Source: a virus
Lineage: Duplodnaviria; Caudoviricetes
Virus record (IMG/VR): IMGVR_UViG_2690315780_000002
Coordinates: 2,229 to 66,228 of that record
Direction: 5' to 3' (one strand)
DNA: 64,000 bases
Position 1 is the first letter of the stretch. Each line of letters starts with the position of its first letter. Of this stretch, positions 50,378 to 59,477 are shown piece after piece. Under the pieces are notes generated by a model, which saw nothing but the letters and a program-made list of their open reading frames with translations, had not been told where the DNA came from and did no database searches. Position numbers and translations under genes: made by a program.

Positions 50378-50596
50378 TTAAACTTCGCCAAATATTTCGT
50401 GTAAATCAGGTCTTAATTTGTTTGCTTGAATAGCTCCATTAGTTGCTAATTCAATGCGCTTTGCGCTAGTGGCAGATGGTTTTTTCTTTCCATGTAACCA
50501 AGCCCATACAGAAGGTTGTTTTACGTTACATATCTCAGCCAGTTTTTGCTGACTACCAACCATGCCAATAGCCTTGTCAATTAATTTATTTCTCAT
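50378..50596 (-). CDS. cro: Cro-like repressor (YdaS family)
   Basis: GSQQKLA..VKQPSVWAW..LRPDL; divergent from cI. Confidence 0.88.
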   Translation of the reverse strand: MRNKLIDKAIGMVGSQQKLAEICNVKQPSVWAWLHGKKKPSATSAKRIELATNGAIQANKLRPDLHEIFGEV

Positions 50597-50597
50597 A

Positions 50598-50696
50598 AAT
50601 AACCTCGGCTGTTGGAATATACCTAATAATAGCCAAGGTTATTCACGAAGTAAATAGCTTTAGCTGTTTGTTGAAAAATAACCTCGGCTATATAAT
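50598..50696. promoter_or_regulatory. OR region: four 16-bp operators and PRM -10
   Basis: AATARCYNNRGYTRTW at 50598, 50628, 50653 and 50677; TATAAT at 50691-50696. Confidence 0.8.
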
Positions 50697-50702
50697 GAAA
50701 TT

Positions 50703-51422
50703 ATGAAAAATACGACATTTGCAGAAAGGCTAAATCTAGCCATGAAGATGAGAGGAATGACTCAAGTTGAACTAGCTGAGTTAGTAGGAATGGCGCAACC
50801 CAGCGTCTGGAAGCTCACATCTGGAAAAGCACAAAGCTCAAGAAAAGCCGTTGAGATAGCTAAATCACTAAACGTTGATCCTGTATGGTTAACAACTGGC
50901 GGTGGCTCTCTCCCTGATTTCTTGCAACAAGAGCAGGATGGAGTTAGCAAAGATGAATTATCGGTGAGAAAAATATCAGAGTGGGGAAATGGTACACCTT
51001 TAGATGATGATGAGGTTGAGGTTCCTTATTTTAAGAGCATTGAGCTTGCAGCAGGTGTTGGTTGCACAAACAATGAAGATCACGATAACTTTAAGTTGAG
51101 ATTTTCAAGATCAACCTTAAGAAGGTATGGAATATCACCAAGTGGTGTGTGTGCATTCCCTGTGCATGGCGAAAGTATGGAGCCCATTATACCTAACGGA
51201 ACAACTGTTTTTGTTAATTGTAATGATAAGAAAATTGTTGATGGCGGGGTTTATTTCATTGAGCAAGATGATTTATTTAGAGTAAAAGTCCTGCTTAGAC
51301 AACCAGGAGGAAAGCTCATCATAAGAAGCTATAACTCCATAGATTATCCAGATGAAATAGCAGACATTGAAAGCGTAAAGGTTGTAGGTAGGGTTTTTAA
51401 TATGTCTGTAATGTTAATATAG
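50703..51422 (+). CDS. cI: CI repressor (HTH plus S24 peptidase)
   Basis: MTQVELAELVGMAQPSV; LAAG cleavage site; GESMEP and VK catalytic residues. Confidence 0.93.
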   Translation: MKNTTFAERLNLAMKMRGMTQVELAELVGMAQPSVWKLTSGKAQSSRKAVEIAKSLNVDPVWLTTGGGSLPDFLQQEQDGVSKDELSVRKISEWGNGTPLDDDEVEVPYFKSIELAAGVGCTNNEDHDNFKLRFSRSTLRRYGISPSGVCAFPVHGESMEPIIPNGTTVFVNCNDKKIVDGGVYFIEQDDLFRVKVLLRQPGGKLIIRSYNSIDYPDEIADIESVKVVGRVFNMSVMLI

Positions 51423-51440
51423 AAAATAACAACCCAATCC

Positions 51441-51464
51441 AGCCCTCTTCTTGAGGGCTTTTTT
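51441..51464 (+). terminator. Terminator after cI
   Basis: AGCCCTC-ttctt-GAGGGCT followed by T run. Confidence 0.8.
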
Positions 51465-51557
51465 ATATCTAAAAATTACCATTCATCACATTTCAATAAA
51501 AAAATAAAAAATAAATAACCTTTTAAAACAAAAATATATAGCCAAATATAGCTTTTA

Positions 51558-51652
51558 TATATCTCAGGCTATTTACATCAATAATAACTTTAGCTATATT
51601 AAAACACATCGAAGGCAAGCAACATGAAATACAGCCTAATGTTCTTTAACAA
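51558..51652 (+). promoter_or_regulatory. OL operators, PL and nutL boxA
   Basis: Operators at 51558 and 51583; TTTACA-17-TATATT; TGTTCTTTAACAA at 51640. Confidence 0.75.
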
Positions 51653-52138
51653 TTTGGAAAGTCGGAACAGCATACCTAACCTGTTTAGACCCTTACGCAA
51701 AAATGCGACATATCACTAGGCACGATCTGGTTAGTGAGAATGTTACTACTGCACGAGAGTGATTACAGATAGGAATAGGCAGCACTGATAGGTGTTAGGT
51801 ATGCAAGCGCAAGAATATTAATCAACGGGAGAAAAATAAAATGGTTTAGTAGCGCGGACAGACCGCTGACGCATAGCGTTAAAGGTTAGGTAGTGACTAA
51901 TCCCTGAGTAGCATGATGGCTAGCCTGTGTAGCGACGGGTTAAGGTTCCTAGATCACAAATAGCTCCGGCACTCCAAGCTGACCGCCAATCAGCTACCGG
52001 TTAGAGGTGAGGGATTCTTGGTGATACCCCTGACATATGAACTCAAGGGCATGAGCGAGGCTACTGCGAGAGTGTGGCGACTAATTATAGGTCATTCAAT
52101 GAGTGACCTATGGTGAGTAAAAGAATAACGGAGGATAT

Positions 52139-52450
52139 GTGGAAATTTACTATCAACCACCAAAGAAATTTAAAGGCAATCCAACACCAGTTAGCGTTAA
52201 GAAAGTTAACAGCAACTCATTCAAGGCTAAGCAATATGCTAGATATGCATCTTTCAGAGCTAACAAGCTGAAAGAAGAAGAAATTGCTAAAGCTAACTCA
52301 GTGAAAGAGAAGAAAGAACGCCCTGTTCTATCTCTCAAACCAACAAAGCATTATCCAAGTGGAGATAACTGTTGCTTACCTAATGTAGCAGTATTTTCAG
52401 GAGTTAAAACAAAACAGCCGAGCAGTGAGTTCGGGGTTACGGCGAGATAA
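52139..52450 (+). CDS. N: N-like antiterminator
   Basis: First pL gene; C-term CLPNVAVF...VTAR typical of lambdoid N; terminator AAGCCCAcggaTGGGCTT after the stop. Confidence 0.7.
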   Translation: MEIYYQPPKKFKGNPTPVSVKKVNSNSFKAKQYARYASFRANKLKEEEIAKANSVKEKKERPVLSLKPTKHYPSGDNCCLPNVAVFSGVKTKQPSSEFGVTAR

Positions 52451-52465
52451 AGCCCACGGATGGGC

Positions 52466-52896
52466 TTAGTCATGAAAGCCAAGTTTTGTTTTGGTAGCTT
52501 CAAGGAATAATTTAGTAGCAATACTCGCGTTAGCAAATGCATAATCAACCATTCTACTAACAACAGCTTCAGCGCCCTTTTCCTTTACCATATCGAGAAG
52601 CGTTTTTTTATCTTCATCAGGTAGGTTAACGGCTCTGATCATTGCTTCTAAGTTTTTAATGGTGCTTTCGTGAATTTTTATGTTAACAACGTTTAATTTG
52701 TTACCAAGAGTATCGGCATTAGCGCAGTCAACACCATCAGCGGTTAACCCCATTTTGTGAATATTAAAAGAATAGGGTTCATCATCGACAACACCGATTC
52801 TCACAGCACCGTCTTGTACTAACCCTCTTTTTTGCAAATAGTCCAACTCTCTTGCTAGTTGGTCTTCTCCGAATTCTTTCAGTAACTCGTTAAATT
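52466..52896 (-). pseudogene. 3' part of an interrupted moron gene (sieB position)
   Basis: Frame FNELLKEFGEDQLARELDYLQKRG...FHD* continues the 5' part at 54255-54355. Confidence 0.85.
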
Positions 52897-53026
52897 GTAA
52901 CCAATTTCTTTGGTGGGGACTAGAGAAACCACTGACGCCCTAAGTGGATAAATAAACGGGCACAGTTAACTAATTACAGTCCATTCTGTGGGCTGTGGTG
53001 AGTTGATTAATAGATAGGAGATAGAG

Positions 53027-53296
53027 ATGGAAATTGAAGTAAATACAAAAGCGAAAGTTGACATTAAGACGCTAAGAACCTGTATTAAGGTTTCCGATAG
53101 TTTCAATTGTGACATTCTTGATGCTAACGGGAATAAAGTAGAAGACTATAACTACTATGTTCCTAACTTTTTCCCCGGTGACCACTACGGTGATTATCTT
53201 ATGCTAGATATCGATATCGAAACAGGAAAGATAACGAACTGGAAAAAGCCAACGCCTGAAGAATTACAGGAAATGCTTTATCCGGAAGACGACTAG
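53027..53296 (+). CDS. Hypothetical phage early protein
   Basis: YVPNFFPGDHYGDYLMLDIDIETGKITNW; AGGAG RBS. Confidence 0.7.
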   Translation: MEIEVNTKAKVDIKTLRTCIKVSDSFNCDILDANGNKVEDYNYYVPNFFPGDHYGDYLMLDIDIETGKITNWKKPTPEELQEMLYPEDD

Positions 53297-53325
53297 CATC
53301 GTGTTTAGTTAATAACGGAGAGAGT

Positions 53326-53610
53326 ATGACAATAGATGATTTCCACAATGAAAAGCTACCCATGCCGAAGTTATTTAGAGTTGTTAGTGTTGAGCTTGAT
53401 GTGTTACGTAGCAAGCTTGGTAGTGGCTATGGCGTCATATTCGATTGCGACGAAACTGTAATAAGAAAAGTTCGCAGGGTTAAGTCAAAAATAGGCTGGC
53501 ATTGGCAATTGGTCAGGGAGCATAAAGACCAAGAGCTATGGGATTACTACCTAGAGTCAGATAGGGAAAGTCTTAACAATATCAATTATGAATACAGACT
53601 GATGAAATAG
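53326..53610 (+). CDS. Hypothetical protein (paralog of 54880-55164)
   Basis: Near-identical second copy in window. Confidence 0.7.
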   Translation: MTIDDFHNEKLPMPKLFRVVSVELDVLRSKLGSGYGVIFDCDETVIRKVRRVKSKIGWHWQLVREHKDQELWDYYLESDRESLNNINYEYRLMK

Positions 53611-53622
53611 TTAGGAGGGAGT

Positions 53623-53859
53623 ATGACAGATAAAACAGGTGGGGCAGCTTTTCCAGTTCCAGCAACAGAATTACATGGCACTCATACTGGTATGAGTTTA
53701 CGTGATTATTTTGCAGCTAAATGCATGCAAGGTGACATCGCCACACAGGACGCGTCAGATATGGGATATTACGAAAATGACACCTCTATTGAGCATCTAG
53801 TAAATAGAGCTAATTTCTACTACCGCATGGCAGATGCAATGTTAAAGGCTAGGGGGTGA
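53623..53859 (+). CDS. Hypothetical protein, GMSLRDYFAAKxMQ family (paralog of 55177-55413)
   Basis: GGAAFP..GMSLRDYFAAK..YRMADAMLKAR. Confidence 0.75.
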   Translation: MTDKTGGAAFPVPATELHGTHTGMSLRDYFAAKCMQGDIATQDASDMGYYENDTSIEHLVNRANFYYRMADAMLKARG

Positions 53860-53860
53860 T

Positions 53861-54130
53861 ATGGTATTTAAGCATACTCCAGCGCCGTGGAGATGTCATA
53901 ACAAAAGACCAAACTGTAGCGGTTACTCTATAGTCGGTAACGATGGGCGGTATATCGGTTTTGTAGGTGACTCTGATGAACTATCACCCATAGATGCCAA
54001 CGCCAATCTAATCGCATCAGCACCAGAGTTATTAGAGGCTTTGCAGGAAATTGTAGGAAATCACTACTTATCTGACAAAGCACAGTCAATGGCTACAAAG
54101 GCAATCGCAAAAGCCCTCGGTCAGCAGTAA
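53861..54130 (+). CDS. Hypothetical protein, HTPxPW...ANAxLIAxAPELL family
   Basis: Motifs seen directly. Confidence 0.75.
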   Translation: MVFKHTPAPWRCHNKRPNCSGYSIVGNDGRYIGFVGDSDELSPIDANANLIASAPELLEALQEIVGNHYLSDKAQSMATKAIAKALGQQ

Positions 54131-54183
54131 CCCACCGCACCAACACCAGATAACCACCCTATCGCTCACCTAGCGAGGTAACA

Positions 54184-54267
54184 ATGAAATCAGAATATTA
54201 CATAACTATGCGTGATTGCATGGCGGTGCGTATCACTACGCCTCAAGCAACTAAAGTAACTCGTTAA
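54184..54267 (+). pseudogene. Truncated copy of the 56768-56923 gene at the insert boundary
   Basis: Identical MKSEYYITMRDCMAVRITTPQA, then runs into moron DNA. Confidence 0.75.
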
Positions 54268-54355
54268 ATTTATCCTGAGTTATTGGTTTCATTAAGAATT
54301 CTCTATTATTTAATGCTTGAATAATCATTTCTTGCCTCTCAGATAGAACGTGCAT
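54255..54355 (-). pseudogene. 5' part of the interrupted moron gene
   Basis: AAGGA RBS, MHVLSERQEMIIQALNNREFLMKPITQDKFNELL then stop in the insert. Confidence 0.85.
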
Positions 54356-54519
54356 GTTGTTTTCCTTTTTCATTGGTGGGGGTGAACACATTGTAATCAA
54401 TTTCTTTGGTGGGGACTAGAGAAACCACTGACGCCCTAAGTGGATAAATAAACGGGCACAGTTAACTAATTACAGTCCATTCTGTGGGCTGTGGTGAGTT
54501 GATTAATAGGAATATTGTC

Positions 54520-54654
54520 ATGTATCGGGTCATATACAGAAACGAACCAAGTAGAGTTTTATTGCTTGGTGCAACTAGTATCGAAGCATGTGAACAGTTT
54601 ATAGCGAAAAGAAAACTAAAGGCATGCGACTACTTAATTCAAAAGTTGAGTTGA
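54520..54654 (+). CDS. 44-aa ORF in a cassette bounded by a 15-bp direct repeat
   Basis: MYRVIYRNEPSRVLLLGA...QKLS*; TGAGTTGATTAATAG at 54495 and 54647. Confidence 0.6.
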   Translation: MYRVIYRNEPSRVLLLGATSIEACEQFIAKRKLKACDYLIQKLS

Positions 54655-54674
54655 TTAATAGATAGGAGATAGAG

Positions 54675-54866
54675 GTGGTAATTGTAGCAACAAAGGCATT
54701 AGTTTTTTTTGTTGTTGTATCTTCGTTGTCTGCGGTCTTTGCATGGCTCTTTGCTGGCAGAGAGGTTCCGTTAAAAACTTCAATGAAGTGGACGTATAGC
54801 GCATTTGCAGGACTGGCAATTATAGTTGGCGTTACTGTTGGCTTGCTTAACTTGCTATTTCTTTAA
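54675..54866 (+). CDS. Small two-TM membrane protein
   Basis: Two hydrophobic segments; AGGAG RBS with GTG start. Confidence 0.6.
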   Translation: MVIVATKALVFFVVVSSLSAVFAWLFAGREVPLKTSMKWTYSAFAGLAIIVGVTVGLLNLLFL

Positions 54867-54879
54867 TAACGGAGGGAGT

Positions 54880-55164
54880 ATGACAATAGATGATTTCCAC
54901 AATGGAAAGCTACCTATGCCGAAGTTATTTAGAGTTGTTAGTGTTGAGCTTGGCGTGTTACGTAGCTGCCTTGGTAGTGGCTATGGAGTCATATTTGATT
55001 GCGACGAAACTGTAATCAGAAAAGTTCGCAGAGTTAAATCAAAAATAGGCTGGCACTGGCAGTTGGTCATGGAACACAAAGACCAAGAGCTATGGGATTA
55101 CTTCATAGAGTCAGACAGGGAAAGTCTTAACAATATCAATTATGAATACGGACTGATGAAATAG
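54880..55164 (+). CDS. Hypothetical protein (paralog of 53326-53610)
   Basis: MTIDDFHNGKLPMPKLFRV. Confidence 0.7.
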   Translation: MTIDDFHNGKLPMPKLFRVVSVELGVLRSCLGSGYGVIFDCDETVIRKVRRVKSKIGWHWQLVMEHKDQELWDYFIESDRESLNNINYEYGLMK

Positions 55165-55176
55165 TTAGGAGGGAGT

Positions 55177-55413
55177 ATGGAAGATAAAACAGGTGGAGCG
55201 GCTTTTCCAGTTCCAGCAACAGAGTTACATGGCACTCATACTGGTATGAGTTTACGTGATTATTTTGCAGCTAAATGCATGCAAGGTGACATCGCCACAC
55301 AGGATGCTGTGGAAATGGGGTATTACACAAATGAGACTCCTGATGAATTTCTGGTCAAAAGAGCTGAGTTCTACTATCGCATGGCAGATGCGATGTTAAA
55401 GGCTAGGGGGTGA
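55177..55413 (+). CDS. Hypothetical protein (paralog of 53623-53859)
   Basis: GMSLRDYFAAK motif. Confidence 0.75.
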   Translation: MEDKTGGAAFPVPATELHGTHTGMSLRDYFAAKCMQGDIATQDAVEMGYYTNETPDEFLVKRAEFYYRMADAMLKARG

Positions 55414-55414
55414 T

Positions 55415-55708
55415 ATGGAATTTAAAGGCAGCAAACCACCGTGGCACATTGGTTTACACCCGTTTGAATATCGAGATAGACATACTATTCGCTGCTCTGA
55501 CAGATATATTGTAGCTAACGTACTACAACCAAGTGACGCTGAGCAAGCCGCAAGAGCTGACGCCGATGTTCGTTTAATCGCAGCAGCACCAGAGTTATTA
55601 GAGCAGTTAATCAGGCTTCGCAATAAAATTGCAAGCTATAAACCAGATGATGACGATGATTTAAACATCGTTGACGCTGTAATCTCAAAAGCCCTCGGTC
55701 AGCAGTAA
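55415..55708 (+). CDS. Hypothetical protein, LIAAAPELL family
   Basis: Same slot and same C-terminus (KALGQQ) as 53861-54130, different middle. Confidence 0.7.
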   Translation: MEFKGSKPPWHIGLHPFEYRDRHTIRCSDRYIVANVLQPSDAEQAARADADVRLIAAAPELLEQLIRLRNKIASYKPDDDDDLNIVDAVISKALGQQ

Positions 55709-55772
55709 CCCACCACTTAATCATTCATATCGCTATTAATAGTGAGGAATACGCACATAAGGAATATAGGAA

Positions 55773-56714
55773 ATGGCAAATGAATTAGTCGTAATTGAAC
55801 AAGCTACGGCGCTAGATTTGTTTACAGCACCAGAAAAAGTAAATCAGATGCTGGAGCACATTAAGTCTCTTGCAGAAGAAGAGCGTAAAGAACTCGACAG
55901 TGATTTCTCAGTAGCTAAAAACCGAAAGGCTTTTGCATCTCTGGCGTACAAAGTTACTCAAACAAAAACAGCTATTGATAAGGCTGGCAAACTGGTTGTT
56001 AATGACCTGAAAGAATTACCTAAGAAAGTAGATGCCGCACGTAAGCTATTTCGAGACGAACTTGACTTACTGAGTGATGGAATTCGCAAACCACTAACAG
56101 AATGGGAAGCGCAAGAAAAAGCTCGCGAAGAAGCCGAAGCGCTTAAGAAGCAAGTCGAAGTTGATCATGAAGAAGCTCTGCAAATGAACGAGCTGTTTGA
56201 TTTACGCAAAGCCGAAGAAGAACGCCAGCGCATTGCTCGTGAAGAAGAAATGAAGCGACAAGCTGCAGAACAGGCAAGACTCGAAGCTGAACGAAAGGCA
56301 CGGCAAGAAATTGAAGTGGCAGCACGGCGTGAGCGCGAAGCAAAAGAAGCCGCTGAACGTGCAGAGCGTGAAAAGCAGGAAGCAATTCAACGTGCAGAGC
56401 AAGCGGCAAAAGAAGCCAAGGAAAAGGCAGAACGTGATGCTAAAGAAGCTCAGGAGCGAGCCGAAAGTGAGAAACAATTAGCTATCGAAGCCGAACGCAA
56501 GAAAGCACAGGAAGCAGAACAGGCGCGATTAGCAGAAGAAGAACGTAAGCGTCAGGAAGAAGCTAAACGTCAGGCTGATAAGGAACATCAGAAAGCAATT
56601 AACAATCAGGCTATGCAAGATTTAATTGATGCTGGCATTCCAGAAGAGCACGCCAAGAATTGCATTATCGCTATCGCTAAAAACCTAGTATCAAACGTAA
56701 AAATTCACTACTAA
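55773..56714 (+). CDS. Coiled-coil early protein (TolA-like Glu/Ala/Arg-rich)
   Basis: RKAFASLAYKV..IRKPLTEWE; EAER repeats. Confidence 0.75.
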   Translation: MANELVVIEQATALDLFTAPEKVNQMLEHIKSLAEEERKELDSDFSVAKNRKAFASLAYKVTQTKTAIDKAGKLVVNDLKELPKKVDAARKLFRDELDLLSDGIRKPLTEWEAQEKAREEAEALKKQVEVDHEEALQMNELFDLRKAEEERQRIAREEEMKRQAAEQARLEAERKARQEIEVAARREREAKEAAERAEREKQEAIQRAEQAAKEAKEKAERDAKEAQERAESEKQLAIEAERKKAQEAEQARLAEEERKRQEEAKRQADKEHQKAINNQAMQDLIDAGIPEEHAKNCIIAIAKNLVSNVKIHY

Positions 56715-56767
56715 CCCACCGCACCAACACCAGATAACCACCCTATCGCTCACCTAGCGAGGTAACA

Positions 56768-56923
56768 ATGAAATCAGAATATTACATAACTATGCGTGAT
56801 TGCATGGCGGTGCGTATCACTACGCCTCAAGCACGTAAGAATAAACGTACAAGCCCATGGTTATTCAGTTTGGCTGTGGTCATTGTGACAACCGTTGGCG
56901 TAATACCAACATTTGTAAGTTGA
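56768..56923 (+). CDS. 51-aa protein with C-terminal TM (missed by ORF track)
   Basis: GAGG RBS; MKSEYY...PWLFSLAVVIVTTVGVIPTFVS*. Confidence 0.6.
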   Translation: MKSEYYITMRDCMAVRITTPQARKNKRTSPWLFSLAVVIVTTVGVIPTFVS

Positions 56924-56930
56924 GGTGATT

Positions 56931-57167
56931 ATGCAAATTTCATACAGCTACTCGAACGGAACTCGGGTAGTAGACGGCAAAACAGTCATGGAATTTGACG
57001 ACAGTAGCAAGCTCAGTATTGAGACAGGAAGTTTCGCTGAGCTGGCTAAGTTAACGGAAATCGACCCAGTTGAAGCCCTGCAATGGATTATGCGGTTCGA
57101 CAAGGAAGAGTTTGACAGGATTGTCAATGAAGCAAGCAAGGATACTCCTGTTGCTAAGGAGGGTTGC
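56931..57167 (+). CDS. Hypothetical protein now read in frame into the methyltransferase
   Basis: MQISYSYSNG..; separate AAGGAGG RBS and GTG at 57168 indicate two ancestral genes. Confidence 0.55.
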
Positions 57168-57638
57168 GTGACTCAGATTCTAGATATGTGCTGTGGTAGT
57201 CGCATGTTCTGGTTTGACAAGGAAGATAACCGAGCAATTTACAGCGACATCCGCACAGAGAAACATATTTTATGTGATGGCAGGAAGCTAAATATCACAC
57301 CAGACATTATAGCTGATTTTAAAAACCTCCCCTTCCCTGACGGCTCGTTTTATCAAGTTATATTCGACCCACCTCATTTAATTAGAGTTGGTAAAAATAG
57401 TTGGATGTTTAAAAAATACGGCTCGTTAAATAAAGACTCATGGAGAGAAGATTTAAGTAAAGGGTTTAGTGAAGCATTTAGAGTGCTTAGGCCTGGAGGA
57501 ACATTGCTGTTCAAATGGAATGAAACCCAAATACCTGTTAAGCAAATTTTAGCACTAACAGACCAAAAACCAACAGCAGTACAGCGTGTAGGTAAAAATG
57601 ATAAGACGCACTGGATCTCTTTTCTTAAGGAGGCGTGA
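57168..57638 (+). CDS. SAM-dependent (putative DNA) methyltransferase
   Basis: ILDMCCGSRMFWFDK, FDPPH, RVLRPGG..FKWNE. Confidence 0.8.
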   Translation: MTQILDMCCGSRMFWFDKEDNRAIYSDIRTEKHILCDGRKLNITPDIIADFKNLPFPDGSFYQVIFDPPHLIRVGKNSWMFKKYGSLNKDSWREDLSKGFSEAFRVLRPGGTLLFKWNETQIPVKQILALTDQKPTAVQRVGKNDKTHWISFLKEA

Positions 57639-57859
57639 TGAATCCTTACCATGAACTTGACGCAAGGGAAGAGCGCAAACAAGAAGAAGCATCATGGATT
57701 GATGCAAAGGATGCTGAGTTAAGTAATGTCGCATTTAGCGTAGTTGATGGACTACCAAAGGATATTACCAGCCAGTGGAGTGACAGCGTTTTCGATATGA
57801 CAATTGATGGTCTTTACAAGGAGTTAAAGAACTATCAGGAACGCAGGAGGATGTCGTGA
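57635..57859 (+). CDS. Hypothetical protein upstream of RecT
   Basis: Translationally coupled ORF. Confidence 0.6.
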   Translation: MMNPYHELDAREERKQEEASWIDAKDAELSNVAFSVVDGLPKDITSQWSDSVFDMTIDGLYKELKNYQERRRMS

Positions 57860-58782
57860 CAAATGCAGTTCAAAAAATATATGAGGTTGTAAATCCTCTT
57901 AAAAATGAGTTCGAACAAGTGTGTAGTGAGCCAAGCATAGCATTCAAAAGGGAGTCTGAATTTGCCATGCAAATATTCGCGAACAATGATTATCTGGCAA
58001 ATGTTGCAGTTAATAATCTTGTGTCAGTTCGTAGTGCGATCATGAATGTCTCAGCTATCGGAATTAGTTTAAACCCAGCGCAAAAGTTGGCTTACCTAGT
58101 TCCTAGAGACAAGAAAGTATGTCTCGATATCAGTTACATGGGATTGATGCATATTGCTCAACAATCACAGGCTATTAAGTGGTGTCAATCAAGCATTGTT
58201 CGACAAAATGATAATTTCCAACTTACATCAATAGATACCGCACCTCGCCACGAATACAACGCCTTTGCTACTCAGGAGCAGAGAGGTGAGATTGTTGGCG
58301 CTTACACAGTAGTAAAAACAGAAGATGGAGACTATCTAACTCACACAATGGCTATTGCTGATATTTACGCAATACGTGACCGCTCAACAGCATGGAAAGC
58401 TTGGATATCAAAGAAAAAATCGTGTCCTTGGGTAACTGACGAAGAGCAGATGATTCTAAAAACAGTAGTGAAACAAGCAGCAAAATACTGGCCTCGAAGA
58501 GAACGTTTAGATAAGGCTATTGACTATGTTAACACTGAGGCTGGAGAAGGTATTGATTTTGGAAGCGAGCAACAAGAACCAAAGGACATAACGCCAGCAA
58601 GCGAGGATCAACTAAAAGCCATCACGGACTTGATGCTTAAAGTTAATGGAGAATGGAGCGATGCTTTTTTCACATTCATTAGTAAAAAATTCAACCATCA
58701 AATATCCCATCCAGAGCAATTAACCGCATTTGAAGCCAATACCATTATCGACATGCTAAGGAAAAAGGCAGAAGGAAAATGA
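57856..58782 (+). CDS. recT: RecT-family single-strand annealing protein
   Basis: [30 protein letters not shown]. Confidence 0.88.
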   Translation: MTNAVQKIYEVVNPLKNEFEQVCSEPSIAFKRESEFAMQIFANNDYLANVAVNNLVSVRSAIMNVSAIGISLNPAQKLAYLVPRDKKVCLDISYMGLMHIAQQSQAIKWCQSSIVRQNDNFQLTSIDTAPRHEYNAFATQEQRGEIVGAYTVVKTEDGDYLTHTMAIADIYAIRDRSTAWKAWISKKKSCPWVTDEEQMILKTVVKQAAKYWPRRERLDKAIDYVNTEAGEGIDFGSEQQEPKDITPASEDQLKAITDLMLKVNGEWSDAFFTFISKKFNHQISHPEQLTAFEANTIIDMLRKKAEGK

Positions 58783-59477
58783 TTAGTAATGACATCATTC
58801 TAAGCAAAACAGGCATCGATTTAACCAAAGTAGAGCAAGGAAGCGAGGAATGGATGTCTATCAGGCTTGGCGTAGTAACTGCCTCTGAGGCATGGAAGGT
58901 TATCTCTAAGCCAAGATCAGGGACAAAATGGTCAGACACAAAGAAAACATATTTAAATACCCTTATTGGTGAAGTCTGCACGGGAGTTTACAAGGAGGTA
59001 TCAGCAAGGACGCTGGAATGGGGTAAAAACTACGAATTAGAAGCAAGGATGACATTCGAGTTTTACACCGGATTAACGGCAAAGGAAGTGCCAATAATAT
59101 TTAAAGATGAGCAACTACGGATAGCTTGCTCACCAGACGGCATTTGCAGTGATGGCTCTGGATTAGAGCTTAAATGTCCTAATAACACGGGCGTATTTAT
59201 AGACTTAGCATTGAATGGAATCGATGCAATGAAAAAGGAATATGTGGCTCAAGTTCAATATTCCATGTGGGTTACAGGTAAGGATATCTGGCATTTTGCA
59301 AATTTTGACCCACGAATGCCGGCAGGAAAAGAAATAGCATATTTCCCTGTTGAGCGTGACGAAAAAATGATGAAAGAATTCGACGAGTTAGTGCCTGAGT
59401 TCATTGAGGTGATGGATCAGGGATTAAACAAGTTAGGCATTCAATTTGGCAATCAATGGAGTGTATATGGCAAGTAA
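58779..59477 (+). CDS. exo: Lambda-exonuclease (YqaJ) family nuclease
   Basis: [35 protein letters not shown]. Confidence 0.92.
   Translation: MISNDIILSKTGIDLTKVEQGSEEWMSIRLGVVTASEAWKVISKPRSGTKWSDTKKTYLNTLIGEVCTGVYKEVSARTLEWGKNYELEARMTFEFYTGLTAKEVPIIFKDEQLRIACSPDGICSDGSGLELKCPNNTGVFIDLALNGIDAMKKEYVAQVQYSMWVTGKDIWHFANFDPRMPAGKEIAYFPVERDEKMMKEFDELVPEFIEVMDQGLNKLGIQFGNQWSVYGK

Larger units (their letters stand above)
52897..54254 (+). mobile_element. 1.36-kb insert of a related phage's pL-operon segment, flanked by a 16-bp direct repeat
   Basis: AGTAACTCGTTAAATT at 52881-52896 and 54255-54270; content paralogous to 54392-56830. Confidence 0.75.

Noticed and set aside
52897-56830. CRISPR array or integron
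   Set aside because: The repeats are irregular operon linkers around whole genes, with no constant repeat-spacer period, attC structure, cas or intI.
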